From NCBI GenBank assembly GCA_963713475.1, contig CAVQLY010000017.1, positions 37,606 through 101,605 of the forward strand: a DNA stretch of 64,000 nt. The letters are read 5' to 3'. This DNA comes from an uncultured Thermoleophilia bacterium (GTDB lineage Bacteria; Actinomycetota; Thermoleophilia; UBA2241). A model generated the notes under the pieces. It searched no databases. It was not told the origin of the DNA and saw only the letters and a program-made list of their open reading frames with translations. Position numbers and translations under genes: made by a program. Shown piece after piece: positions 36,476 through 46,584 of this stretch. Position 1 is the first letter of the stretch. Every line of letters begins with the position of its first letter.

Positions 36476-36895
36476 CTAGACGTCCAGGAGGACGAAGCCC
36501 TCCCAGCCGTCGTCCCGCCGCACGAGCGAGAGCTCGTGCAGGGTCGCCGCCTTGACGCCGCCGCAGATGATGTGGCGGCTCGCGTCGAGCGGCTCGCCGC
36601 TCACGCGGGCGCGGAGGGAGTGGTCTCCCAGCTCCAGCAGGTCGAACTGGGAGAGCACCAGCTTGCGCGCTTCGAACACGTAGAGAAGCTCGTTGAGCCA
36701 CGCGGCCAGGAGCAGGTCCATGGACTCCGCCTCGAGCGCGACCTCGACGGACTCGAGCTCGCCGACATCCAAGGGGTCGCAGACCAGGGAGAACATCGCC
36801 AGCGCGGCCTGTTCGAAGACCTCTTCGGCCGTCGGGCCCCACAGGCGCACGCCGATGTCGGCGGTGTGATCGACGAGTTCGTAGCCCACGCTCAT
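36476..36895 (-). CDS. archease (RtcB activator)
   Basis: MSVGYELVDHTADIGVRLWGPT... archease signature N-terminus; immediately upstream of rtcB on same strand. Confidence 0.8.
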   Translation of the reverse strand: MSVGYELVDHTADIGVRLWGPTAEEVFEQAALAMFSLVCDPLDVGELESVEVALEAESMDLLLAAWLNELLYVFEARKLVLSQFDLLELGDHSLRARVSGEPLDASRHIICGGVKAATLHELSLVRRDDGWEGFVLLDV

Positions 36896-36965
36896 GAGCA
36901 CACTGTACCCACGAGAGCACCCGCTCACGAGCGAGACTCGTTGGCGGCGCGCCCGAGGCCGCCGG

Positions 36966-37898
36966 TCAGCCGGAGACGGTGGCGCCGGCGGCCGAGGCGG
37001 CCAGGCCGAGTGGGATCGCCGTGACGCCCTCGTCGGCGAACGCCTCGGCCATCACGCGCGCGATGCGCGAGGCGTCGGTGGCCAGGCTCACGAAGGCGAT
37101 GAGGCTCGGCCCGGAGCCCGAGACGGCGACGGCGGACGCACCGGCGCTCAGCGCCGCGAGCCAGGCGGTGCGGCCTCCCGGTATGCGCTTGAGGCGGGAG
37201 GCCTGGTGCAGCCGGTCGTCCATCACCTGGCTGAGGAGCTCGTAGTCGCCGGTGCGCAGCGCCTCCACGACGAGCGGCGTGCGCTGCAGGTTGAAGACGG
37301 CGTCGACCATCGAGACCTCGGTGGGCAGGTCCGCCCTGGCGGCGTTGGTGCTGAACGGCAGGTCCGGCACGGCCAGCGCCACGTGCACCTCGGGGACGAG
37401 GATCTTCTTGGTGAGCAGCCGGTCCTGCTTCTGGACGACGATGGTGAGGCCGCCGAGCAGGGCCGCCGCGACGTTGTCGGGGTGGCCCTCCATGTCGGCC
37501 GCGAGCTCCAGGAGCTGCTCGCGGTCGAACGGCCGGCCGACCAGCGTGTTGGCGCCGAGGAGCCCGGCGACGATGGCCGTGGAGCTGGAGCCGAGGCCGG
37601 ATGACATGGGCACGCGGATGTCGCAGTGGATGCGCAGGCCGGCCGGCGCAGCCCTGCCGGCCTCCTCGCACAGACGCAGGAACGCCCGCGCGACCAGGTT
37701 GCTCTCGTCGCGCGGCAGGCCGGCGGGGTCCGGCCCTTCGACGGTGACCACGATCCCGTCTCCCTCGAGCGAGAACCGGACCTCGTTCCACAGGTCGAGC
37801 GCGAGCCCCAGGCAGTCGAAGCCCGGCCCGATGTTGGCGGTGGTCGCCGGCACCCGGACGCGGCAGCTGGAGCCCGGCGCGTCGCCGGCGGCGTTCAT
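36966..37898 (-). CDS. thrB: homoserine kinase
   Basis: GHMP kinase motif PxxxGLGSSSA (VPMSSGLGSSSTAIVAGL), N-terminal VPATTANIGPGFDCLGLAL; start ATG 37898 overlaps dedA stop. Confidence 0.85.
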   Translation of the reverse strand: MNAAGDAPGSSCRVRVPATTANIGPGFDCLGLALDLWNEVRFSLEGDGIVVTVEGPDPAGLPRDESNLVARAFLRLCEEAGRAAPAGLRIHCDIRVPMSSGLGSSSTAIVAGLLGANTLVGRPFDREQLLELAADMEGHPDNVAAALLGGLTIVVQKQDRLLTKKILVPEVHVALAVPDLPFSTNAARADLPTEVSMVDAVFNLQRTPLVVEALRTGDYELLSQVMDDRLHQASRLKRIPGGRTAWLAALSAGASAVAVSGSGPSLIAFVSLATDASRIARVMAEAFADEGVTAIPLGLAASAAGATVSG

Positions 37899-38551
37899 GC
37901 CTCGTCCCCGTACTCCGTGGCGTCGGGGCCGGCGCCCAGCTTTCGGCCCTTGCGCCACTTCCACACCGCCCACACCACGATCACGACCAGCGCGGCGACC
38001 ACGGCGTAGTCGGCGTAGTGCAGGTACGGGCGGATCTTCTCCCAGTTCTCGCCCAGCCGCGTGCCGAGCCAGCCGAGGAAGAACACCCAGGGGATGCAGC
38101 CCAGGACCGTGTAGAGCGTGAACTTCCAGAAGGGCATCCTGGCGATGCCCGCCGGCAGGGAGATGAACGTGCGCACGATGGGCAGGCAGCGGCTGAAGAA
38201 GACGGCGACGGGCCCGTAGCGTGCGAACCAGCGCTCGGCGAGCTCGACGTGGTGGTGGCGGAGCAGCACGTACTTGCCGTACTTGTCGATGAAGGGACGG
38301 CCGCCGTAGAGCCCGACCCAGTAGGCGATCCAGGAGCCGACGACGTTTCCGGCGACCCCGGCGACGGTGATGCCGAAGAGGGTCATGGTGCCCTCGCTGA
38401 CGGCGAAGCCGGCGAAGGGCATGATCGCCTCGCTCGGCACCGGGATGCAGGCGCTCTCGAGCAGCATCAGGAAGAAGACCGCGGGGAGGCCCCAGGCGCC
38501 GATGAGGTGCGTCGCCCACTGGACGACGGCGTCGATGATCGCTTGCATCAT
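37895..38551 (-). CDS. DedA-family membrane protein
   Basis: ESACIPVPSEAIMPFAGF and FFSRCLPIVRTFISLPAGIARMPFWKF motifs of DedA/SNARE-associated family. Confidence 0.75.
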   Translation of the reverse strand: MMQAIIDAVVQWATHLIGAWGLPAVFFLMLLESACIPVPSEAIMPFAGFAVSEGTMTLFGITVAGVAGNVVGSWIAYWVGLYGGRPFIDKYGKYVLLRHHHVELAERWFARYGPVAVFFSRCLPIVRTFISLPAGIARMPFWKFTLYTVLGCIPWVFFLGWLGTRLGENWEKIRPYLHYADYAVVAALVVIVVWAVWKWRKGRKLGAGPDATEYGDEA

Positions 38552-38673
38552 GCGCGACAGCGTACCGTACCGGGCCCCGGAGGGGCGAACACCGGGCCCG
38601 GTCCGGTAGCCCGCTCCGGGGGCCTGTGGTAGGTTCCGGGCTCGACTTCTCCCGCCCTCAAGGAGGCGTAGCA

Positions 38674-39771
38674 ATGGCCGTCGGACTCATGGACATCAAG
38701 GGACAGTACGCCGAGCTGCAGGACCGCATCGAGGATGCTGTGCTGTCGGTACTGCGCAGCGGGCGGGTGATCCTGGGGCCGAACGTCAAGGGGTTCGAAG
38801 AAGAGGCCGCCGCCTTCATGGGCACGTCCGGAGCCGTCGGCGTGGCCAACGGCACCGACGGCCTCACCATCGCGCTGCGCGCGCTCGGCGTGGGTCCGGG
38901 CGACGAGGTCATCACCGTCCCGTTCACCTTCTACGCCACGCCGGAGGCCATCGCGCAGTCCGGGGCCAAGCCGGTGTTCGTCGACATCCTGCCCGACACG
39001 CTGAACATGGACCCGGACGCCATCAAGGCGGCCATCACGCCGCGCACCAAGGCGGTCATGCCGGTCGACCTGTTCGGCCTGCCGTGCGACGCCAACGGCA
39101 TCCGCAAGGTCGCCGAGGCGCACGGCCTCTCCGTGGTCGAAGACGCCTGCCAGGCGTGGGGCGCGACCTACGACGGTCGTCGCGCCGGCAGCCTCGGCGA
39201 CATGGGCGTCTTCAGCTTCTTCCCCACCAAGAACCTCGGCGGGTACGGCGACGGCGGCCTGGTCACCGGCCACAGCGAGGTCCTCGTCCAGCGCGCCCGC
39301 GAGCTCCGCTTCCACGGCAGCAAGGACAAGAAGACCTTCACCGACATCGGCTTCAACTCCCGTCTGGACGAGCTCCAGGCGGCGATCCTGCGCATCGAGC
39401 TCGGCGTCATCGACGAGTGGAACGGCCGCCGCGCCCTGGTGGCCGAGTGGTACGACGAGTACCTGCCGGACGAGGTCGTGCGCCCCGCCGTCCCCGACGG
39501 CCACACGCACGTCTACCACCTCTACGTCATCCGCCATCCGCGGCGCGACGACATCGCCGCCGCATGCAAGGAGCGCCAGGTGGACTGCGCCGCGTACTAC
39601 ACGACGCCGATGCAGCTGCAGCCGGTGTTCGCGGACATGGGTCACAAGCTGGGCGACTTCCCCAACACCGACGAGGCCGCGAGGACCAACCTCGCGATCC
39701 CGATGCACCCGAACCTCACCGAGGAGCAGGTGAAGGAAGTGGCCGCAGCGGTGGAGGCCGGGCTGGCCTGA
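38674..39771 (+). CDS. DegT/DnrJ/EryC1/StrS-family PLP-dependent sugar aminotransferase
   Basis: RBS AGGAGG; N-terminal DIKGQYAELQ..., PLP-lysine region (FSFFPTKNLGGYGDGG) and overall 366-aa length typical of DegT family. Confidence 0.85.
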   Translation: MAVGLMDIKGQYAELQDRIEDAVLSVLRSGRVILGPNVKGFEEEAAAFMGTSGAVGVANGTDGLTIALRALGVGPGDEVITVPFTFYATPEAIAQSGAKPVFVDILPDTLNMDPDAIKAAITPRTKAVMPVDLFGLPCDANGIRKVAEAHGLSVVEDACQAWGATYDGRRAGSLGDMGVFSFFPTKNLGGYGDGGLVTGHSEVLVQRARELRFHGSKDKKTFTDIGFNSRLDELQAAILRIELGVIDEWNGRRALVAEWYDEYLPDEVVRPAVPDGHTHVYHLYVIRHPRRDDIAAACKERQVDCAAYYTTPMQLQPVFADMGHKLGDFPNTDEAARTNLAIPMHPNLTEEQVKEVAAAVEAGLA

Positions 39772-39793
39772 CGGGCTCCCGGCTCGCGCTGAC

Positions 39794-40885
39794 ATGCGCG
39801 TCTGGGTCGACATCACCGACGCGGCGGCGGTCGTCTTCTTCGCACCGATCGTGCGCCGGCTGGAGGACGCCGGCCACACCGTCACACTGACGGCGCGCCG
39901 CTTCGCCGGCGCCGACCTGGTGCTCAAGCGCTACGGCCTCGGCGGCATGCTCACCACGCAGCACCGCGGCGGCAGCCTCGGCACCCGCGCCGTCGGCCTG
40001 GTCAACAGGACGGCGCAGCTGCTCGGCTCCGCCTCGAGCGGCCGCTTCGATGTGGCCGCCGGCAGCCACGCCAGCGACTTCGTGCTCACCGCCTGGACGC
40101 TGGCGATCCCGCAGATGACGTTCCTCGATCCGGACCGCCTCGGGCGCAGCAACCTCGTCAACGTGCGTCTGGTGGACGAGGTCGCGGTCCCCGAGGCGAT
40201 CCCCGTCGCCGGTCTCACCTCCCAGGGCGCGACCCGGGAGAAGCTCTTCCGCTATCCCGGCTTCAAGGAGGAGTACTACCTCCACGACGCCCAGCCGGAC
40301 CCTGCGGCGCTGGCCCGGCTCGGCGTCGAGCGCCGGCACATCACGGGCGTCGTGCGGCCGCCGGCGCGAAAGACGCGCCTGGGCGACGAGGAGTCGCCGG
40401 CGCCCGACGAGGCCGGCCTCTTCGGACTGCTCGCCGGCCTGGCCGGACGGCGCAACCTGACGCTGATCGTGGTCGCCCGCGGCCAGGGCCAGCGGCAGCG
40501 GATCCTGGCCCTCGACCTGCCGGGCGTCATCGTGCCCGACGGACCGGTGGACGGCACCGGGCTGCTGGCCGCCGCCGACTTCGCCGTCGGGATGGGCGGC
40601 GTGATGCTGCGCGAGGCCGCCGCCCTGGGCACGCCGGCCTACACGCTCTCGTCGTCGGCCGGCCCGGTCGAGGCTTCGCTGCTCGCCGACGGCAGACTCA
40701 AGCGCGCCGCCGGACCTGATGACATCCTGCTGCGCAAGAAGGAGACGAGGACGTCGACCGCCCTGCCGCGCGACCCCTGGCTGTTCGCCGAGCGGCTGGT
40801 CGATCTGGCGCGCAGCCGCTCCCGCAGGGCGCGCCTCGGCCGCCTCGTCCAGGACGCCGCCGACCAGCAGCCGCCGCTCGTCTGA
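39794..40885 (+). CDS. DUF354-family protein (predicted glycosyltransferase-like)
   Basis: MRVWVDITDAAAVVFFAPIVRRLEDAGHTVTLTAR matches the conserved DUF354 N-terminus (MKIWIDI..P..FF..). Confidence 0.5.
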   Translation: MRVWVDITDAAAVVFFAPIVRRLEDAGHTVTLTARRFAGADLVLKRYGLGGMLTTQHRGGSLGTRAVGLVNRTAQLLGSASSGRFDVAAGSHASDFVLTAWTLAIPQMTFLDPDRLGRSNLVNVRLVDEVAVPEAIPVAGLTSQGATREKLFRYPGFKEEYYLHDAQPDPAALARLGVERRHITGVVRPPARKTRLGDEESPAPDEAGLFGLLAGLAGRRNLTLIVVARGQGQRQRILALDLPGVIVPDGPVDGTGLLAAADFAVGMGGVMLREAAALGTPAYTLSSSAGPVEASLLADGRLKRAAGPDDILLRKKETRTSTALPRDPWLFAERLVDLARSRSRRARLGRLVQDAADQQPPLV

Positions 40886-40983
40886 TCCGGAGCGGCCCCG
40901 CCCGGACCGTCGGCGGAGGCAGGTCGGCGGACGCACGGCCGGTCGCCGGTATGCGATCCCGTGCGGCGTCAAGGGTGGCATCA

Positions 40984-41075
40984 TGGATGGCGTCATCGGT
41001 GGCATCATGGATGGCGTCATCGGTGGCATCATGGATGGCGTCATCGGTGGCGGCATGGGTGGTGCTACCGCGCAA
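40984..41075. repeat. 24-bp tandem repeat (GGTGGCATCATGGATGGCGTCATC) x3.8 in LysR upstream region
   Basis: Three perfect units 40984-41055 plus a degenerate fourth; would encode (GIMDGVIG)n or (MASSVASW)n if translated. Confidence 0.8.
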
Positions 41076-41173
41076 AGGACATCACCGGTGGTGCCGCCCG
41101 GCGGGCCTGGCGCTCGTACCGCGCGCGGGAGGATCAGGTGACGCGCAGCCACTTGATAGGATAAGCTTCGCTT

Positions 41174-42076
41174 ATGGACATTCGCCAGCTACGCCTCTTC
41201 TGCCGGATCGTCGACCGCAAGAGCTTCTCGCTCGCCGCCGACGAGATGCACATCACCCAGCCGGCCGCCAGCCAGCAGGTCCGCAGCCTCGAGCGAGAGC
41301 TCAAGACGACCCTGCTCGACCGCTCGCGCCGCACCGTCGTCCCCACGGACGCCGGCCAGGTGCTGTACCGCTACGGCCGCGAGATCCTCGACCTCGACGA
41401 GCGCGCCCGCACCGAGATCCTCGACCTCGGCGAGCTCGTCGCCGGCCGCGTCGTCGTCGGCGCCTCGACCGGCCCGGGCGAGCACGTCCTGCCGGCCATG
41501 CTCACCCAGTTCAAGGGCGACTTCCCCGGCGTGACCATCTCGCTCGCCGTGGACGACACGCACGCGGTCATCGAGCGCGTGCTGTCCCGCGAGTTCGAGA
41601 TCGGCGCCGTCGGCGCCGTCACCCCGCGCCCGGAACTGGTCGCGGAGCCGCTCGCCCGCGACGAGATCGTCCTCGTGTGCGCGACCACCCACCCGTGGGC
41701 GTTGCGCGGCGAGGTCACCCTCGACGACCTGGTCGCCGAACCACAGCTCGTGCAGCAGCAGGGCGCCGGCGTCCGCATCGTCGTCGAGGACCACCTGCGG
41801 CGCGCCGGGGTACGCCCCGAACGGCTCAACATCGTCATGGAGATGGGCCTCATGGAGTCGGCCAAACAGGCGGCCATCGCCGGCGGCGGCGTGACGTTCC
41901 TCAGCCGGTGGGCGATCGGCCCCGAGGTCGAGCACGGCACCCTCACCGTGGTGCCCATCGAGGGCTTCCGCGTGCTGCGCGACTTCTACACGGTGCGCTC
42001 CAAGACCCGGGTGCTGAGCCGGGCCGCCGAGGCGCTGCTCGCGTTCTTCCGCGAGCAGTACGCGGCGGCCGGCTGA
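41174..42076 (+). CDS. LysR-family transcriptional regulator
   Basis: MDIRQLRLFCRIVDRKSFSLAADEMHITQPAASQQVRSLERELKTTLLDRS HTH N-terminus plus substrate-binding domain. Confidence 0.85.
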   Translation: MDIRQLRLFCRIVDRKSFSLAADEMHITQPAASQQVRSLERELKTTLLDRSRRTVVPTDAGQVLYRYGREILDLDERARTEILDLGELVAGRVVVGASTGPGEHVLPAMLTQFKGDFPGVTISLAVDDTHAVIERVLSREFEIGAVGAVTPRPELVAEPLARDEIVLVCATTHPWALRGEVTLDDLVAEPQLVQQQGAGVRIVVEDHLRRAGVRPERLNIVMEMGLMESAKQAAIAGGGVTFLSRWAIGPEVEHGTLTVVPIEGFRVLRDFYTVRSKTRVLSRAAEALLAFFREQYAAAG

Positions 42077-42091
42077 CACATGGCCCGCTGA

Positions 42092-42756
42092 TGGACGAGG
42101 CCCGCGCCGGCGTCCTCCGTCTGACCCAGTCCAGTGAGCTCCGTGTGAGCTTCGCGCCCGAGCTCGGCTGGCACCCCGTGCGGCACCTGCTCGGCATCAC
42201 CGCGTTCGGCATGAACGCGTACACGTGCCACACGGACGGCGGGCCACTGGTCGAGGAACATGACGAGCTCGGCGACACCGCCGGAGGCCACGAAGAAGTC
42301 TACGTCGTGATCACCGGCCACGCCGTCTTCACCCTGGACGGCGAGGAGGTCGACGCGCCGGCCGGGACGGTCGTGGCCGTCCACGACCCCGCCGTCCGGC
42401 GCGGCGCCCGGGCGCTCACGGCCGGCACCACCGCGCTCGCCGTCGGCGGCGCGCCCGGCCGTCCTTTCGAGGTGTCCAAGTGGGAGTACGCCTTCCGCGC
42501 CGACGCCGAGTCGTACCGGGGACGACCGCTCGAAGGCGTCGCCATCCTCGAGGAGGCGCTGCAGCGCTGGCCGGACGACCCGATCCTGCTCTACAACCTC
42601 GCCTGCTTCGAGTGCCTCGGCGGGCGCGGCGGAGAGGCGCTCGCGCACCTCCGCCGCTCCGTCGAACTCGACCCGAAGTACGCCGGCTACGCCGCGGACG
42701 ACGCCGATCTCGAGGCGATCCGCGGCGAGCCCGGGTTCCCTTCGCCGCCCGGCTGA
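42092..42756 (+). CDS. cupin-domain protein with C-terminal TPR-like segment
   Basis: Cupin-like core (GHEEVYVVITGHAVFTLDGEEVDAPAGTVVAV) then helical repeat (LEGVAILEEALQRWPDDPILLYNLACFECLGG...). Confidence 0.45.
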
Positions 42757-42939
42757 ACCCGGGCTGAGCTCCCGCAGGCGCCGCGGCCCGACGCCCCCGC
42801 CGCGTCCGCGAACGCTTCACCCCTTGCGCCCACCACGTCGCCCTCCGATACTCGGCCTGCAGCTCACTCGTCAGGGGCTTCGCCCGGCGACGCCGGGCAA
42901 GGGGGTGGAGCGATGGATCGTGCGAACGGAGGGAGAGCC

Positions 42940-44119
42940 ATGCGCAGGGGATCCGTGCTCGTCATGCTCGTCGTCGTACTGGCATTGCTGTTCGTCGTGG
43001 CGCCGGCGGCGCTCGCTGCGCCGCCGGCCGACGAAGGCCTGGACCGTCATGGTCTACCTGGACGGCGACAACAACCTCGAGGACTACGTCGTCAAGGACA
43101 TCGAGACCGAGCTGTCCGCGCTCGGCTCCAACTCCAGCGTCAACGTGGTGGCGCTCGCCGACCGCGGCCCGGGCTACGACGCCTCGCGCGGCGACTGGCA
43201 GTCCACCAAGGTCTTCTACTGCACGCAGGGGATGCTCGCCGACGCGGCCAGCGCGGTGGCCGACTGGGGCGAGCGCAACATGGGCGACCCGCAGACCCTC
43301 AGGGATTTCGTCACCTGGACCAAGGCCAACTACCCGGCGACGAACTACCTGCTGGCGTTCTGGGACCACGGCTACATGACCTTCCAGGGCTACACGTCGG
43401 TGGACGATTCGTCCGGCGGTGACGCGCTGAACGAGGACGAGCAGGTGGCCGCCATGGCGACCGTCGGCCCGGTCGGCGTCGTCGCCTGGGACATGTGCAA
43501 CCGCCAGATGGTCGAGGTCGGCGCTGACTGGCAGCCCTACGCGGCGGCGATGGCCGGCAGCGAGTCGTACACCAACTGGGAAGGCATCCAGTACGACGCG
43601 GTGATCTCCGCCCTCCGCACCACACCCACGATGACGCCGCAGCAGGTCAGCGACAAGATCGCGGCGACCGCCCTCGGCGACAGCGACACGTTCTCGAGCG
43701 TGGCGCTCGACGCCCGCTTCACGACGCTGATGACGGCGGTGGACCAGTGGGCCGTCGCCCTGAAGGCGGGCCTGCCCGTGTACAAGAGCGCGTACCTGAG
43801 CGCCAGGCGCAGCACCGTGAGCTACTACAGCGTCGCCTTCGACGTGTGGCAGCTCGCCTCCAACATGAAGGCCAAGGTGGCCGACCCGACCATCAAGGCC
43901 AGGTGCGACGCGGTCATGGCCGCCGCGGCTGCCTGTACGACCTACAACTGGACGAGCACCAACAAGCAGTTCAACAAGAGCAAGGGGCTGATGGTCTGGA
44001 TGCCGTCGACGCGCCAGCAGCTGACGCCCTACAGCGCGACCGACTTCACCTACTACCGGACACTGAGACTCAGCACGCAGACCAACTGGGACGACTTCCT
44101 GGCAGCGCTCTGCCAGTGA
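42940..44119 (+). CDS. clostripain-like (peptidase C11) cysteine protease, secreted (frameshift near 43030)
   Basis: RBS GGAGGGA; signal peptide MRRGSVLVMLVVVLALLFVVAPAALAAP in one frame joins after a 1-nt shift to WTVMVYLDGDNNLEDY..., catalytic His (FWDHG) and Cys (VAWDMCNRQ) of C11 family. Confidence 0.6.
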
Positions 44120-44154
44120 CGCATCGAGGCGCGCCGCGTAGCTGACGCGACGCC

Positions 44155-44225
44155 GTGGCCGACGCCGAGGCCGAGGCCGACGCTGAGACCGAGGCCGACG
44201 TCGAGGCCGAGGCCGTCTCCGACGC
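44155..44225. repeat. low-complexity 9-bp periodic repeat (GCCGAGGCC/GACGCTGAG)n
   Basis: gccgacgccgaggccgaggccgacgctgagaccgaggccgacgtcgaggccgaggcc directly after protease stop. Confidence 0.6.
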
Positions 44226-44403
44226 GGGCCCCACGTGTAGTCGATCCGCGTCGGCACCGGGTGCGGTGCCGCGTGCGACACCGCAGATCCGATGCCGGTA
44301 CCGAGGGCCGAGGACGAGACGCCGTCCGTTGTCGTGGCCGGAGCCCGCAGCGCAGAGTCGCAGAAGGAACCACGGTGCCGCACGCGGCACCGGCGACGGC
44401 TCC

Positions 44404-44471
44404 GCCTCGAAACGCACTACCGGCCGGGCCGGCGGGGTCCCGAAATGCACTACCGGCCGGGCCGGCGGGGT
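44404..44471. repeat. 39-bp direct repeat x2 (GCACTACCGGCCGGGCCGGCGGGGTCCC)
   Basis: Two near-identical copies separated by ~10 nt upstream of TauE promoter. Confidence 0.6.
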
Positions 44472-44612
44472 CCCCGAAGGGGCGCCCCGCCGGCCCGGCT
44501 CTTCTATTGCCATTCCCTATGCTTCCGTCGTCACGGATAAGCGCTGCTTCTGGCACGAGACTCGGGCGTGCCCCACCCACGACGGCGCACGCGAATCATT
44601 TATCCATCTTAT

Positions 44613-44642
44613 TTGACAGATAAGTCAGACGCTCCCATACTC
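44613..44642 (+). promoter_or_regulatory. sigma-70-type promoter candidate TTGACA-N18-ATACTC upstream of TauE gene
   Basis: Consensus -35 hexamer in an unusually AT-rich 60-bp patch (tttatccatcttatttgacagataagtcag); two GATAAG motifs flank it. Confidence 0.4.
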
Positions 44643-44695
44643 GCGCCCAATCTGCCGCCGGCGAGAGCGCCCGGCGGACCCGCTCCGAGGAAGAG

Positions 44696-45685
44696 ATGAC
44701 CGAGACCGAGAGCAGCACTGTCGCCGTGGCCTCCGTCGACGACGAGGTCTACGATCCCGAGATCGACGACACCCTCCCGCCGTTCCGGCCGGGTCCCGAT
44801 CCCACCCGGCTCACCGCCGGCGCTTGGCTCAAGCGCTGGGGCCTCGGGCTGGCCGGCTGGGGCGTCTTCGTCCTCGTCGTCTACCTGACGCTGGGCGCCC
44901 ACCTCAACGGCTACCTCAGCATCGCCGGCCTCATGATCGGCTTCCTCGTCGGCCTCACGGGTATGGGCGGCGGCGCGCTCATGACGCCGGTGCTCGTGTT
45001 CGTCTTCGGCTTCGAGCCGACCATGGCGATCGGCACCGACGTCGCCTACGCCGCCGTCACCAAGATCGCCGGCTCGTACAAGCACTGGCGCCAGGGCTCG
45101 GTCGACATCCCCCTGGCGCTCTGGCTGGCGCTCGGCAGCATCCCCGCCTCGCTCCTCGGCGTCGCCACCATCGCCTACGTGAAGTCCAACTACGGCATCG
45201 ACTTCATCAATGGCATCCTCTACAAGGCGATCGGCTCCGCGCTGATGATGGTCGGCGTGCTGCTCATCGTGAAGGTCGTCATGCACGTGGACGCCGCTCA
45301 CCGCCGCGAGAACATCAAGATGACGCGGCGGCTCAAGCTGATGACCGTCACGCTCGGGCTCTGCACCGGCTTCGTCATCGGCTTCACGTCGGTCGGCAGC
45401 GGCACCCTGCTGGCGGTGTTCCTCATCCTGTTCTATCCGTTGACCACCGACAGGATCGTCGGCACGGACATCTTCCACGCCATGATCCTGCTGCTCGTCA
45501 CCGCCCTTGCGCAGATCGGGGTCGGCAACGTCGACCTGTGGATGGTCGCCTCGCTGCTGATGGGGTCCATCCCCGGCGTGCTGCTCGGCTCGCAGCTCAC
45601 GGTCAAGGCGCCGACGCGCGTGCTGCGCACCTGCCTCGCCGCGGTCCTCTTCCTGAGCGGCCTCGCCATGCTCTTCAAAGGGTAG
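44696..45685 (+). CDS. TauE/SafE-family sulfite/sulfonate exporter (DUF81)
   Basis: Two 4-TM repeat halves with GxGGGxxxxP motifs (GLTGMGGGALMTPVL; GFTSVGSGTLLAVFL). Confidence 0.7.
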   Translation: MTETESSTVAVASVDDEVYDPEIDDTLPPFRPGPDPTRLTAGAWLKRWGLGLAGWGVFVLVVYLTLGAHLNGYLSIAGLMIGFLVGLTGMGGGALMTPVLVFVFGFEPTMAIGTDVAYAAVTKIAGSYKHWRQGSVDIPLALWLALGSIPASLLGVATIAYVKSNYGIDFINGILYKAIGSALMMVGVLLIVKVVMHVDAAHRRENIKMTRRLKLMTVTLGLCTGFVIGFTSVGSGTLLAVFLILFYPLTTDRIVGTDIFHAMILLLVTALAQIGVGNVDLWMVASLLMGSIPGVLLGSQLTVKAPTRVLRTCLAAVLFLSGLAMLFKG

Positions 45686-45788
45686 GGCCGGAGGTCGACA
45701 GGCTCCGCCGGCGCGGTCGCCGCAGGTCGTCTGGTACCATCTACCGAGCGCCGCGACGCCCCGCGGCTGACCACGGGAGGATTGACCG

Positions 45789-46541
45789 ATGTTCGAGTTC
45801 CTGACGCTCCCCGAGCGCACCACAAAGCCGCGCGAGAGCGGGCTCACGCACGTGCTCGACAAGGGGCTGAGCCTCGAACAGGTGCGCCAGTTCGTCGAGG
45901 TGGCCGGCGATTACGTCGACATCGTCAAGCTCGGCTGGGGCACCGCCGTGGTCACGCCGAACGTCAAGGAGAAGATCGCGCTCTACCAGAGTCTCGGCAT
46001 CCCCGTCTGCTTCGGCGGCACGTTCTTCGAGGTCTGCCTGCGCCAGAACAAGGTCGAGGAGTACATCGCGCTCGTACGCGAGTGCGAGATGACCTGTATC
46101 GAGATCTCGGACGGCACCATCGACATGGACGAGGTCGACAAGCTGGCCCTCCTCCGCCGCTTCGCCAAGGAGTTCAAAGTCCTCAGCGAGGTCGGCAGCA
46201 AGGACGAGTCGGTGGTGATCACCCCGACCAAGTGGGTCGACTCGATCAAGCGCGAGCTCGAGGCTGGGGCCTGGAAGGTCATCACCGAGGGCCGCGAGTC
46301 GGGCACCGTAGGCATCTACCGCCCGACCGGGGACGTCAAGGACGGTCTGCTGGAGGAGATCCGCACCGCGTTCGACACGTCGCAGATCCTCTTCGAGGCG
46401 CCCATCAAGAAGCAGCAGGCCTGGTTCATCAAGCAGTTCGGCACCAATGTGAACCTCGGCAACATCCCGCCCGAGGAAGTCATCTCGGTCGAGACGCTGC
46501 GCGTGGGCGTGCGCGGCGACACGCTGCTGCACTTCCACTGA
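45789..46541 (+). CDS. comA: (2R)-phospho-3-sulfolactate synthase ComA-family protein
   Basis: MFEFLTLPERTTKPRESGLTHVLDKGLS... and VDIVKLGWGTAVV match ComA (PF02679) TIM-barrel signature; RBS GGGAGGA. Confidence 0.7.
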   Translation: MFEFLTLPERTTKPRESGLTHVLDKGLSLEQVRQFVEVAGDYVDIVKLGWGTAVVTPNVKEKIALYQSLGIPVCFGGTFFEVCLRQNKVEEYIALVRECEMTCIEISDGTIDMDEVDKLALLRRFAKEFKVLSEVGSKDESVVITPTKWVDSIKRELEAGAWKVITEGRESGTVGIYRPTGDVKDGLLEEIRTAFDTSQILFEAPIKKQQAWFIKQFGTNVNLGNIPPEEVISVETLRVGVRGDTLLHFH

Positions 46542-46584
46542 GCACGGCGCCGGGACGCGCCCAGCTCATCGGCCAGGCTCACCC

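Noticed and set aside
35222-37024. 600-aa plus-strand ORF opposite rtcB/archease
   Set aside because: Antisense shadow of rtcB (which has unambiguous catalytic motifs); no recognisable domain.
40951-42756. 601-aa ORF spanning the LysR gene in another frame
   Set aside because: Overlaps the clear LysR HTH regulator; begins in the 24-bp tandem repeat. Only its last 221 codons (cupin protein from ATG 42092) look real.
44155-44471. Repeat-rich intergenic region as a CRISPR array
   Set aside because: Units are 9-bp low-complexity (GCCGAGGCC)n and two 39-bp direct repeats without regular repeat-spacer periodicity; no cas genes in the window.
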